Shown here in pieces: positions 63,878 to 64,000 of a stretch of 64,000 bases of DNA (position 1 is its first letter; each line of letters starts with the position of its first letter). The translations under genes and the position numbers were made by a program. A model generated the notes under the pieces. It saw only the letters and a list, made by a program, of their open reading frames with translations. It did no database searches and was not told where the DNA came from. Source of the DNA: Vicugna vicugna (taxonomy: Eukaryota); the NCBI GenBank assembly GCA_013265495.1, contig MU057809.1, forward strand, positions 1,997,041-2,061,040, written 5' to 3'.

Positions 63878-64000
63878 TGTTAGACTAGGTGGCTCTAATG
63901 TTGGTGGCCTAAGTAAACAAACCCAAACCAAAGCCTGTGAATGCGTCAGGGTGACAAAATCAAAATCAAAACACTAAGGACAGCCAATCACAAATGGCCA
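63878..64000 (+). mobile_element. Possible start of an ERV LTR running off the window edge
   Basis: Begins TG (tgttagactagg), contains cagccaatca, and resembles ERV1-type MER LTR U3 sequence. Confidence 0.4.

Larger units (their letters stand above)
1..64000 (+). other. Probable interior of a very large intron of an unidentified + strand gene (intergenic not excluded)
   Basis: No recognisable coding exon. T>A and G>C excess on + strand judged by eye, not computed. Youngest L1 insertions are antisense, as is typical in introns. Confidence 0.5.

Noticed and set aside
1..64000. CRISPR arrays, operons, tRNA or rRNA genes, processed pseudogenes
   Set aside because: The sequence is mammalian non-coding DNA. 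I saw no spaced repeat array, cloverleaf, rRNA motif or retrocopied ORF.

Overview
Eutherian mammal genomic DNA, probably camelid: the 3' end of the young L1 resembles alpaca/camel L1 as I recall it, and I saw no Alu, B1/B2, Bov-A/tA, PRE1 or Can-SINE copies. I could not recognise any protein-coding exon, RNA gene or host gene. The + strand looks T- and G-rich by eye, so the window most likely lies inside one very large intron of a + strand gene (inference). Much of the sequence is transposable-element debris: one young 5'-truncated L1 with a perfect 17-bp target-site duplication (TSD) and an internal N gap, several old L1M and HAL1 fragments, many L2 and MIR fragments, MLT1 solo LTRs and hAT-Charlie elements. 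The only ORFs in the track that I recognise as protein are L1 ORF2 and ORF1-like remnants. I found no convincing novel biological system. The best leads are two short local duplications (one overlapping a 96-nt exon-like segment), a double hairpin inside a 216-nt exon-like segment, an internally deleted L1 that splits a MIR, a 34-bp retroposed tail with a TSD, CpG-rich ancient repeats and an enhancer-like motif cluster. Repeat subfamily names come from remembered consensus sequences, and boundaries of old repeats are approximate.
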